A stretch of DNA of 64,000 bases from Nitrosopumilus sp. Lineage in GTDB: Archaea > Thermoproteota > Nitrososphaeria > Nitrososphaerales > Nitrosopumilaceae. The notes under the pieces are model-generated. The model saw only the letters and a program-made list of their open reading frames with translations. It searched no databases and was not told the DNA's origin. Shown one piece after another: positions 52,130 through 61,001 of the stretch; positions within the stretch are counted from its first letter, which is position 1, and the number at the start of each line of letters is the position of its first letter. The stretch covers positions 320,001 to 384,000 of the forward strand of contig OZ244650.1 in NCBI GenBank assembly GCA_965218785.1, read 5' to 3'. Made by a program: the position numbers and the translations under genes.

Positions 52130-53401
52130 ATGACATTGAAGGCTGATCTCAAAGATAAAATATGCGTAAATTCCACATATTCCAAGAATGAAGTCGCCGA
52201 GAGGCTGACCGATATGGGAAAAAATAAACTGTATACAAAAGACACTGTCAAACAAACAAAAAAATCACGACTTCTTGCAAATCCAGACATACGAAGATGG
52301 TACGACAACATGGCTCGTGGAAGTGTAAATACCGCAGAAGGCCGTCTTAGGAGACTGGGACGCTTTTGTGAGATGCACCAGATGACTCCAAACCAACTTG
52401 TGGAACTTGCTCAAAAAGACATCAGAACTGCAACGGATCTCCTAGAGGATCACATTACCATGATGGAAGAAAAAAACAATTCTCCAGGATACATAGAAGA
52501 GCAGATCAAGACTGTAAAATCATGGCTAAGACACTTTGACATCGAGATAAAACGCAAGCTGAGGGTGAGTTGGGCAAATCTAACACCAACCCTGCAGGAT
52601 GAGCGGGTCCCTGATGGAACCGAGATGGCAGAAATTTACAGCCGGGCAGGACTCAGAGAATCCGTAGTAATATCTCTGATGGCAAAATCAGGTCTGCGTC
52701 CGGAAGTAATTGGAAACCACAATGGTACGGACGGTCTAAAGATCAGTGATCTGCCGGACATTGTAATACATCAAGGTAAGGTAAAGTGTATCAGAATGCC
52801 AAACAGAATTGTCGTACGACGACAATTATCAAAGGCAAGGCATCAATACTTTACGTTTGGTACTCAATCTGCAACAAACCACCTCATAGCATATCTCAAC
52901 GACAGACTAGCGCATGGTGAACCACTTCACGGGGATTCTCCGGTAGTTGCACCTGACTATATCTACAAGACAAACCGTGGTAGAAACTCTACAAAAACAT
53001 TTTTACCTACGCCACAGATAAGCAGTCTTGTCCGACAGGTGTTCCGACCAAGATTCACATGGAGACCATACGTGTTGAGACCATACTTTGATACACAGCT
53101 GTTAATTGCCGAATCAAAGGGCAAGATAGCACACGACTTTCGAGTATTCTTCATGGGACACAAAGGAACCATGGAGGCACGATACACCACAAACAAGGGA
53201 ATTCTGCCTGAGGTCTTGGTGGCTGAGATGCGTGAGGCATTTCTCAGATCAGAAGAACACCTAGAGCAGACAGATATCGACCCTGTACTGGAACAACGAG
53301 TAGAAGCCCAGAGCATCATACAGACTGCGACCCCAGAGCAGCTTGACCGAGTGCTAGAGGTGCTTTGCAGCACCGGCAAAACAGGCCAAGCCAGGTCGTA
53401 G
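52130..53401 (+). CDS. Tyrosine recombinase/integrase of element B
   Basis: KSGLRPE, YVLRPYF, FMGH, EARY; likely C-terminal domain continues in the -1 frame to 53502. Confidence 0.92.
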   Translation: MTLKADLKDKICVNSTYSKNEVAERLTDMGKNKLYTKDTVKQTKKSRLLANPDIRRWYDNMARGSVNTAEGRLRRLGRFCEMHQMTPNQLVELAQKDIRTATDLLEDHITMMEEKNNSPGYIEEQIKTVKSWLRHFDIEIKRKLRVSWANLTPTLQDERVPDGTEMAEIYSRAGLRESVVISLMAKSGLRPEVIGNHNGTDGLKISDLPDIVIHQGKVKCIRMPNRIVVRRQLSKARHQYFTFGTQSATNHLIAYLNDRLAHGEPLHGDSPVVAPDYIYKTNRGRNSTKTFLPTPQISSLVRQVFRPRFTWRPYVLRPYFDTQLLIAESKGKIAHDFRVFFMGHKGTMEARYTTNKGILPEVLVAEMREAFLRSEEHLEQTDIDPVLEQRVEAQSIIQTATPEQLDRVLEVLCSTGKTGQARS

Positions 53402-53508
53402 TTGATGGTCTTCAGGCTGAAAAACTCATTGCTTCAGGATACAGATTCGTTGGAAATCTGCCAAATGGCAAGATCGTGCTCGAAAAGAACCCGAATTCAT
53501 AGTGGTAA

Positions 53509-53582
53509 CGGGTCTAGAGGGATTCGGACCCTCGACAACCGGATTAAAAGTCCGGTGCGCTACCTGGCTGCGCCATAGACCC
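53509..53582 (-). tRNA. tRNA-Lys(TTT)
   Basis: GGGTCTA/TAGACCC acceptor, CCGGA-CTTTTAA-TCCGG anticodon arm; T loop reads TCCGAAT. Confidence 0.93.
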
Positions 53583-53677
53583 TCACGAAAATACTCTGCG
53601 CGTATAATTTAGTCTTTTACAAAATTTTTTGTCATGACCGAAACTTTTAATCTAGCACTTTGATTCAAAATATTAGT

Positions 53678-53752
53678 GCCCTTGTAGTATAGCCCGGTCT
53701 AGAATTCGGCCCTGTCACGGCTGAGACGCGTGTTCAAATCCCGCCGAGGGCG
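53678..53752 (+). tRNA. tRNA-Asp(GTC)
   Basis: GCCCTTG/CGAGGGC acceptor, anticodon loop CTGTCAC, TTCAAAT T loop. Confidence 0.93.
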
Positions 53753-53859
53753 CCTTGAACTTTTTTCCAAATCCCACAAATGGGCGTATTGCTCAAAAAA
53801 ATAAATCCCCAAAAAAAACCGGCTTAAATAGAGATCAGACTTTGTTGGTATCCCCCAAC

Positions 53860-54984
53860 ATGACTAGAAAAAATCCAGATGATATTCACAATTATGCAGG
53901 CAAGATACGCCGTATAAAAAAAAGACTAGCAGATATTCAACAGGGTGACGTATGTATTCAATTTCTTGACAAGCTAAAACTTGCAGGCAAAAAAGACGGC
54001 AGAATAGTTTACTATGCAGACAGACTTGGATATATCTTGAATTTGTTTAATGCAAAATTTACTTTGCCCGTACTCTTAAAAGATGCAACAAAGAACGACT
54101 GTGAATCAATACTGTCTGAAATAATATCAAACGAGTCATACAGGGGCGAGACAAAAAAGGCATATGCCATGGCACTATTGAGACTGGTTCACTATGCCAA
54201 GACCGGGGAGATTGGAGATAGAGACGAGAATCCATATGTGCCGGAGGTATCCTGGATAAAGCCATCTCGGTATATTGACAGAAGGGAGGAGACGGTACGG
54301 TCTGAGGATCTTCTTACATCCGATGAGATAGTCGGTCTTTTGGGACAGATATCAAACAGACATGACAGGGCAATGTTCTGGGTTTTGTTTGAAGGTGCAT
54401 TTCGAATTGGTGAACTCTTAAACATCAGGATTGGCGGAATAGATTTTCAGGACAACCATGTCTTTGTAACCACGCATGGAAAGACTGGAACAAAGCGAGT
54501 TACACTGGTAATATCCTTTCGTCCGCTACTTGACTGGATAAACGAGCATCCGAGGAGAAATGATCCAAACGCATTTCTGTGGACTCGATCCGGCAAGGGA
54601 GACAAAGTATCATATCATTATGTACGTACACATCTAAAGCAGTATGCCGCAGATGCGGGAATTGTAAAGAGGGTCTGGCTGTATCTGCTCCGTCACACAC
54701 AGTTGACACTTCTTGCCAAAAAACTCTCAGATCATACCCTTAGTGCATATGGCAATTGGAGCCCAAGCTCAAACATGGCAAAAAAGTATGTCCATTTATC
54801 TGGCAAAGATGTTGATAATGCCATCCTGGAGATGCACGGAATCAAGGGCAAGATACCAGAGTCTGATGTCATAACCCTTCGATCATGCACACGCTGTCAT
54901 GCGCAGAATACTCCTGACTGCCGGAGGTGCGTTGATTGTGGGTATGTTTCCAGCAGGCAAATACAAGGATCCATGAGTGTCTGA
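53860..54984 (+). CDS. Tyrosine recombinase/integrase of element C
   Basis: GAFRIGE, GKTG, YLLRH, KYVHL; C-terminal Zn ribbon; ATG 53860 follows TTAAATA box. Confidence 0.92.
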   Translation: MTRKNPDDIHNYAGKIRRIKKRLADIQQGDVCIQFLDKLKLAGKKDGRIVYYADRLGYILNLFNAKFTLPVLLKDATKNDCESILSEIISNESYRGETKKAYAMALLRLVHYAKTGEIGDRDENPYVPEVSWIKPSRYIDRREETVRSEDLLTSDEIVGLLGQISNRHDRAMFWVLFEGAFRIGELLNIRIGGIDFQDNHVFVTTHGKTGTKRVTLVISFRPLLDWINEHPRRNDPNAFLWTRSGKGDKVSYHYVRTHLKQYAADAGIVKRVWLYLLRHTQLTLLAKKLSDHTLSAYGNWSPSSNMAKKYVHLSGKDVDNAILEMHGIKGKIPESDVITLRSCTRCHAQNTPDCRRCVDCGYVSSRQIQGSMSV

Positions 54985-55083
54985 TTTGTATGCAATCTTT
55001 CTGATCCATCTGGTCTGAAATTGTGTGATGGAAAGGGCATGTTCGTACCAGATTCATAGGAAGATGACTCTGGATATTGTTAT

Positions 55084-55326
55084 TAGATTCAAAATCAGTG
55101 TAAAACCATTTTTTTGATACTAGATTCAAAATCAGGTGCAAAACCCTGTTTTCTGATACTAGATTCAAAATCAGTGCAAAACCCCATTTTCTGATACTAG
55201 TAGATTCAAAATCGATGCAAAACCCTGTTTTCTGATACTAGATTCAAAATCGATGCAAAACCCTGTTTTCTGATACTAGATTCAAAATCAGGTGCAAAAC
55301 CCTGTTTTCTGATACTAGATTCAAAA
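55084..55326. repeat. ~38-bp tandem array, ~6.3 copies
   Basis: TAGATTCAAAATC(A/G)..TGCAAAACCCTGTTTTCTGATAC units with small variants, non-coding. Confidence 0.92.
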
Positions 55327-55365
55327 AAAAAGAAAAAATTGGGTAGTAGGGGGGAGATGTTGTTG

Positions 55366-56190
55366 TCATCCTGCCAGTTTGTAAAGACCTGCAGCATTGC
55401 TCATCACCGGATCATCTGGCACCATAATCTTGAATCCCTTGAGCTTCGCTGTCAGCTCCTCGCGTACCCTGGGAATCAGGATGCCGCCGCCAGATACTAT
55501 GATGCTCTTAGTATACCCGTGTGCCTCTGCCATGTCTGATACCTCCAAGGCCAGATTCTCCGATAACGCCTTTGCATATCTGGAACATATGTCCCTGTGC
55601 TGTAACAGTGTCTTTGTGTCAAGATGTGCAAACCTGCCTATCTTGCGCGTGATGAACTCTGATGCCCACTCTAGGCTCTGTCCGTCAAGAATCTTGTTAT
55701 CCTCGATCATCACAATCTCGGATGTTCCCTGACCTATTGATACGACCATGCCTGTACTCTTGTTCATATCAACTAGTGTCCCGGCAGCTTGTGCCACCAC
55801 GTCACAGCTTTGTACTTTGGGTACCTTGCAGATGAGCTTGGTCATGGTGTTTTTGTAGCTGGCAGCCTCGTATGGCAGACCCACTATCACCCTGGCTTTT
55901 TCCATATCTGGCGTGTGGGCGGTTTGGTACACCCTGTCTATGGATTCCCGTACCAGCATATCTACCTGTTTTTGGTATCTCTTTTGCGGTCTTCCCCGGC
56001 ATATGGGACTGATTGCCGTAGTCCCGGCGGTTTTTAGCATCTGTGTGGCCTTGTCTCCTATTGCCTCTGATACGCTCTTGGTCCACTGCCCGTTGATTCG
56101 CCTTGCATAAAGCGATGGGAACTTGAACCTGCAGTAATCAGAGACACACTTTACAAAGCCCGTTCCGATGTCCAGTCCTATCTTTATCAT
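55366..56190 (-). CDS. Actin-like ATPase (ParM/StbA/MreB/MamK superfamily)
   Basis: GLDIGTGFVK (phosphate 1), QAAGT, SIGQGTSE (phosphate 2), VSGGG (adenosine), DDPVMSNAAG; start moved to ATG 56190. Confidence 0.88.
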   Translation of the reverse strand: MIKIGLDIGTGFVKCVSDYCRFKFPSLYARRINGQWTKSVSEAIGDKATQMLKTAGTTAISPICRGRPQKRYQKQVDMLVRESIDRVYQTAHTPDMEKARVIVGLPYEAASYKNTMTKLICKVPKVQSCDVVAQAAGTLVDMNKSTGMVVSIGQGTSEIVMIEDNKILDGQSLEWASEFITRKIGRFAHLDTKTLLQHRDICSRYAKALSENLALEVSDMAEAHGYTKSIIVSGGGILIPRVREELTAKLKGFKIMVPDDPVMSNAAGLYKLAG

Positions 56191-56204
56191 ACCATAACTA
56201 GCTG

Positions 56205-56218
56205 GGATACATTTAAGG
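56205..56218 (-). promoter_or_regulatory. Promoter CCTTAAATGTATCC of actin-like gene
   Basis: Identical 14-mer at 57778-57791, at the same distance from the AbrB-like start. Confidence 0.75.
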
Positions 56219-56357
56219 GCAAAAATCATGCGTGGAACGGCAGGCACAATTTTGTTGGTTGGGGAATCTTTGCTGCATCAGTAAATGATTCTGATACCCA
56301 TCGTCTTTGTCTGTGTCGTATTTGATTTGTCCGGAACTGTGCCTGCCCTTGATGGCA

Positions 56358-56441
56358 GTACGTGCGTGTGCGTGTGCGTGTGCGTGTGCGTGTGCGTGTG
56401 CGTGTGCGTGTGCGTGTGCGTGTGCGTGTGCGTGTGTGCAT
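56358..56441. repeat. (CGTGTG)x12 microsatellite inside an 84-bp purine-pyrimidine alternation
   Basis: Read directly; perfect units 56365-56436. Confidence 0.95.
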
Positions 56442-56589
56442 TCATCAAAAAACCCCCTTACAAAGAATGATTTCAAGACTACTGTAACAGGTTAGGTCAA
56501 ACACAGATTTGTCGTCTGTAGGCATAGAGGTAAGCTTACAGATTACTAATCAAAAATTATTTATTAGCCATGCCGTACACTACAACACT

Positions 56590-57459
56590 TTGACAAAGAT
56601 CGATTATACCAATACCTCTATACACGCATCCACCAGATCACTGCTTGATAAGATCATCCCGATAATAAAGGACTATGAGGAGAGGGGATACCGCATGACT
56701 GTCAGACAGCTGTACTACCAGCTCGTATCTAGAAACATTGTAACAAACGAGATCTCATCCTATCAGAAGACAAGCAAGGTCCTTACCACGGGCCGCATGC
56801 ACGGCCTGATTGACTGGAATATGATAGTGGACAGGATCCGCGTCCCAATAATGCCAAGCCAGTTTTATACACTGGGCTTGTTTATACATGCCGTAAAAAG
56901 ATCATACCGCAGACACAGATGGGATGACCAGGAAAACTATGTCGAGGTGATGGTTGAAAAGGAGGCACTTGTAGGAATACTAGGGCCGATAACAGACAAG
57001 TACCACGTATCATTACTAGTCAACAAGGGTTATGCGTCAGCTAGTGCCATGCATGATGTCGCAATAAGAATGCAGCAGCATAGCGATGAAAAGCGCTGTT
57101 ACATACTATACATGGGGGATCATGATCCAAGCGGCATCGACATGGTGCGTGACATCAGGGACAGGCTGGAAACGTTCGGGCAAAAACCCACCATACAGCG
57201 CATTGCCCTCACAGAGGAGCAGATAAAGCAGTATGACCCCCCGCCAAACCCCGCAAAGAAATCGGATCCTAGATCAAAGGGATACTATGAGAAATATGGT
57301 GATAGTTCTTGGGAACTTGATGCACTTGACCCGCAGGTACTGGCATCCATTCTGGAGGATAACATAAAAAAATATCTTGATGAAGAAAAATACAATGCCG
57401 TCATTCAAAAAGAAGACCAAGAAAAAGACGCGCTTGAAAAACTAACCGATGAACTCTAG
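56590..57459 (+). CDS. Topo VI-A/Spo11-like (Mini-A-type) wHTH-TOPRIM protein
   Basis: TVRQLYY (candidate catalytic Tyr), VEVMVEK, GDHDPSG, RIALT, ELDAL; probable TTG start 56590. Confidence 0.8.
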   Translation: MTKIDYTNTSIHASTRSLLDKIIPIIKDYEERGYRMTVRQLYYQLVSRNIVTNEISSYQKTSKVLTTGRMHGLIDWNMIVDRIRVPIMPSQFYTLGLFIHAVKRSYRRHRWDDQENYVEVMVEKEALVGILGPITDKYHVSLLVNKGYASASAMHDVAIRMQQHSDEKRCYILYMGDHDPSGIDMVRDIRDRLETFGQKPTIQRIALTEEQIKQYDPPPNPAKKSDPRSKGYYEKYGDSSWELDALDPQVLASILEDNIKKYLDEEKYNAVIQKEDQEKDALEKLTDEL

Positions 57460-57478
57460 ATACGCAGATTTTGGCAGG

Positions 57479-57763
57479 TTACATGCGCAGTCCCTCAAAT
57501 TTTGAAGTGTCTGTCTCCTGTCGTCTGTCTGCGGCATCATACACACGGCCCTGCTCATCTGCACTGTCTGCTGATTCATGATTTGTGGCATCCCCCGCCG
57601 GATTCAGGCGTATGGGATTGACAGTTAGACAGTTATTAGATATAACAAACTCCACATACTGATCCCTTTTGATTCCAAGTGTGCGGACTATCTGTCTTGG
57701 TATTGTGACAGTGTAAGAGCCCTGGCGGAACTGGATTTTTCTGATGATTCTAGATGATTCCAT
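57479..57763 (-). CDS. AbrB/MazE/SpoVT-type DNA-binding protein with acidic tail
   Basis: RKIQ..GSYTVTIPRQIVRTLGIKRDQYVEF; start moved to ATG 57763. Confidence 0.85.
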   Translation of the reverse strand: MESSRIIRKIQFRQGSYTVTIPRQIVRTLGIKRDQYVEFVISNNCLTVNPIRLNPAGDATNHESADSADEQGRVYDAADRRQETDTSKFEGLRM

Positions 57764-57777
57764 GTGATGTAATCCCC

Positions 57778-57791
57778 GGATACATTTAAGG
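57778..57791 (-). promoter_or_regulatory. Promoter CCTTAAATGTATCC of AbrB-like gene
   Basis: Identical to 56205-56218. Confidence 0.75.
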
Positions 57792-58150
57792 TGCATTTTG
57801 TGCATTTTGTGCATATTATACCTGAATTTTGGTGGTTCAAAACTTGCAGTTACTCTACAAAACGAGATCAACGAACTATTCAATTGTGTAAAAAACAGAC
57901 ATGGGAAGATTTCATCTCCCACTCCCACTTTATTTCAAGTTCATCTGGGGCGGGCCGGCCGGAACTGTACTGGGATAAAATCAGGGGAGAAACGATAGGA
58001 TGTTGACCCGTCATTCAGAAACAATCAATCACTTAGATGAAAATATTTTGGTCTCCAAGCCCTACCAGTTGGAGTTAATTCGGTGTACGACTCTGGAGAA
58101 AATTTTGAACAAGCCACTCTATTTTGGACTTTCAGACCACGGGGAATATC

Positions 58151-58913
58151 CGGCGGCTCACGTCCTGGCGGCTCTCCACTTCTGGGCTCTCCACTTTGAG
58201 GCTCTCAACTCTCCGGGCTCTCAACTTTGGGGTCTTCTTTTGAGGCTCTCAACTCTCCGGGCTCTCAACTTTGGGGTCTTCTTTTGAGGCTCTCAACTCT
58301 CCGGGCTCTCAACTTTGGGGTCTTCTTTTGAGGCTCTACACCTCTGGGCTCTTCACTTTCCGGGCTCTATTCTTCGAAGGCTCGCGTCTCATGTGGGGTT
58401 CATATCATATCCAAGACTCACGGCTCATACCACGACTCATACCACGGCTCATGTCATATCTCATACCATAACGGCTCATACCACGGCTCATACCACGGCT
58501 CATACCATAACGGCTCATACCATAACGGCTCATACCATGACGGCTCATATCATAAATCATACCATAACGGCTCATACCATAACGGCTCATACCATAACGG
58601 CTCATATCATAAATCATACCATAACGGCTCATACCATAACGGCTCATCTCACGGCTCACACCACGGCTCAAGCCTCCTGTTCCTAGAGTTCGTGTCAAGA
58701 CTCCATACACTGGGGCTCTACCTCCAGCACCAGGACTTCACCTCCAGTACCAGAGCTTCACTACAAAGGCTCCACCTTCATCAACAAGGTTCTACATCAG
58801 GACTCTACCTCCACCAATGGGACTCTACATCAAGACTCCACCTCCACAAGGCTCCTGTATTCAGGACTCGGCGGCTCACGTCTCCCGGACTACGCTTTCG
58901 GGCTCTCAACTTT
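58151..58913. repeat. Composite GGCTC-core repeat region: 3 x 44 bp (58198-58329), 12-15-bp ACGGCTCATACC(ATA) array (~58420-58670), degenerate tail
   Basis: Read directly; bracketed by CGGCGGCTCACGTC at 58151 and 58869. Confidence 0.9.
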
Positions 58914-59103
58914 GACCAGATAACAAGAATTACACACGGCTGCTCTTTGATATGCAGAAGTTTGGTTTTGATTTTGGATGTTATTTGTTGGAATCTTAAT
59001 CTTTCAATCAGGATTTAATCTCTGATGCGCGTTTTGGCCAAACACCGGCGTATCCTGAACTATTGATAGCACGTGTTAAATAATATATGATTTTTCTCAT
59101 ATT

Positions 59104-60504
59104 GTGAACAAGGCAGTAATTGGGGTGATTACACTCTTTGTACTTGGTATCATGGCAGCATCCTCGGCATCAGCTGAGAACACCCAAGACAAACAGTGTA
59201 GGGACATCCACGTACTAGTTGAGAGATCAAACGGCAGTCTTGCCTGTATGACTGAAAAAACAGCAGAGAGGGCAGCAGACAGGTTTGGCTGGAAGATAAT
59301 AACTGTGAATCCAGCAGACAAAACGGTGTCAGACCCTGAAAATCCAAAGTTGCAGGACGACGGGCGGGATGAGGTGGACGGTACTGAATCATCATCAGAC
59401 CAGGCTGCAAATTCCGAACAGAACGCCCGCCCCAAGACCCAAAGTAACAGTGGCACCTTTTGCAACAACGGCGTTTGTAAAGAAATCCCCTACGGGGAGA
59501 CAATCGAGTTTGAGCAGACAGGACACGTCCAAAAAACTGTGGATGGCAAGTTGGTCATAGAAGAGGAAAAGATTCCCACAACCGTCACCATTGGTACGTA
59601 TCCCGAGAAAATACTCAAGGACTGTACTCCCACGGATGGCATCATGCAGTGGGGTGATCTATACAACGGTTCAAAAATTTTAGAGCCGCTGCAAAGGGAG
59701 ATTGATTCAGGCAAGACGCGGCTGTGTGTGTCAATATTTTTCAGTGCCGGTACTATAGATCAGGTTCACGGCTTTCTAGCTGATGAACTTGGTGTAGACG
59801 TAGAAGGAAGTAGAAATGACAGGGGGCGGCACATCATCTACGATTCTGATAATGCGCTTTATGCTGTAATTCCAGTATCGTTAATCGGTGATGTTGCAGA
59901 CAGGGATGATGTCGTAAACATTGACGTGTATGGAAAGAATACGTCGACACCATATCACATAGAACGTGGTCATAGTTCCAAAATAAGTCCGTTACTGCAA
60001 AAGGAGGTTGAACACAAGCAAAAAAACTGTACGTATGAAGAAGACTTTCCCGATACATGTCCGCCCTTACGACAGAATTCAGACGGAGAGTATCTTGTTC
60101 ATGTTGCGATTAGAACTGAGCATATTACCCGGCAGGATGTTAAACTGGATTTCATAAATACAAATGGTATGAGCGCATATTACAATCAAAATTCACGCAA
60201 AGCCGCGAATGATGCAATAAATGCTGAAACTGCCAAACAAAACAAGGTATTGGCACAGCCAGTATTTGATTTCCTTAAAGAGAATAATATGATTAAATCC
60301 TGGTATGTTCCAAAAGAAGACCACTCTGCTACTGATAGGTCCTCAGGTACAAACGGAAGGATGTTATATTATTCAAATATTAATCTTATTTACATCATCA
60401 TACCAATAGATCTTCTTCCACATCTGGTTGAATTAGATTCGGTCTGGTTTGTTGATACCACAAATTACGTTTCACGGGTTAATGATTTTCAATGGAGACA
60501 GTAG
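59104..60504 (+). CDS. Exported protein with Cys-pair N-terminal domain and two propeptide-like repeats
   Basis: Signal peptide; CRDIHVLVERSNGSLAC..GW; YAVIPVSLI..DDVVNID and YIIIPIDLL..DSVWFVD. Confidence 0.75.
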   Translation: MNKAVIGVITLFVLGIMAASSASAENTQDKQCRDIHVLVERSNGSLACMTEKTAERAADRFGWKIITVNPADKTVSDPENPKLQDDGRDEVDGTESSSDQAANSEQNARPKTQSNSGTFCNNGVCKEIPYGETIEFEQTGHVQKTVDGKLVIEEEKIPTTVTIGTYPEKILKDCTPTDGIMQWGDLYNGSKILEPLQREIDSGKTRLCVSIFFSAGTIDQVHGFLADELGVDVEGSRNDRGRHIIYDSDNALYAVIPVSLIGDVADRDDVVNIDVYGKNTSTPYHIERGHSSKISPLLQKEVEHKQKNCTYEEDFPDTCPPLRQNSDGEYLVHVAIRTEHITRQDVKLDFINTNGMSAYYNQNSRKAANDAINAETAKQNKVLAQPVFDFLKENNMIKSWYVPKEDHSATDRSSGTNGRMLYYSNINLIYIIIPIDLLPHLVELDSVWFVDTTNYVSRVNDFQWRQ

Positions 60505-60636
60505 AAGAGGAAAATTTGTGTTGTTATTCCGAATTATCTTATTAGATTCATGATGTAACTAAAGCTACACCTGCTCCCTGAATCCCATACTATCAAAATA
60601 CACCATCCTTAAATAGAGATCAGATCGCCAAATGTT

Positions 60637-60816
60637 GTGAATCTTTTTGTCTGCATTATTGCCGTATTTTTTATATTTGGTACGATCTTTGTGAATTATT
60701 CTTTTGCCCAGTCATCTAACAGTACCGAGACTGTAATGCAGGATATCTTGGTCCACAAGATGGTAAATGGCACCTTTGTCATAGAGCGCGAACAGATAGA
60801 GGCTACAATACCATAA
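60637..60816 (+). CDS. 59-aa exported peptide related to part of 59104-60504
   Basis: GTG start after TTAAATA box; signal peptide; VHKMVNGTFVIEREQI resembles VQKTVDGKLVIEEEKI. Confidence 0.55.
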   Translation: MNLFVCIIAVFFIFGTIFVNYSFAQSSNSTETVMQDILVHKMVNGTFVIEREQIEATIP

Positions 60817-61001
60817 AAAAAACATACATAGCAGTTGCAGTCGTTGCCGTGATTGCAGTTACAGCCGTATCATACGGCATGATCGTAGTAGCCACGACGA
60901 CATTTTACGGAGAAGATAATTCCTTAACAGTGGAACCCGCACCAATAATGGAACGGGCGCTAGGACTTCGGGACCCATATGAACTGGAAGAAGAACCTTG
61001 A
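60813..61001 (+). pseudogene. Small TM ORF lacking a standard start (ATA)
   Basis: KKTYIAVAVVAVIAV... open 62 codons; CCATAA where a coupled CCATGA would be expected. Confidence 0.4.

Larger units (their letters stand above)
43700..53520. mobile_element. ~9.8 kb integrative element (B) at tRNA-Lys carrying type III R-M
   Basis: 14-bp direct repeat AACGGGTCTAGAGG at 43700-43713 and 53507-53520 (tRNA-Lys 3' end); integrase beside the tRNA. Confidence 0.9.

Noticed and set aside
53755-53859. ORF-track N-terminal extension of the integrase
   Set aside because: Covers the tRNA terminator and TATA box; ATG 53860 fits better and matches the paralog's start
55084-55326. ~38-bp repeats as a CRISPR array
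   Set aside because: No unique spacers; units are contiguous near-copies
56213-56495. HA/TR/CV/AC dipeptide-repeat ORFs
   Set aside because: Translations of the hexamer microsatellite
56590-57459. Wadjet (JetD) system
   Set aside because: No SMC/JetABC genes; the protein keeps a Topo VI-A-like RxxYY motif
58000-59018. HTITA, MSRYG and neighbouring ORFs
   Set aside because: Low-complexity translations of repeats in several frames; no promoter or family support, though coding cannot be fully excluded
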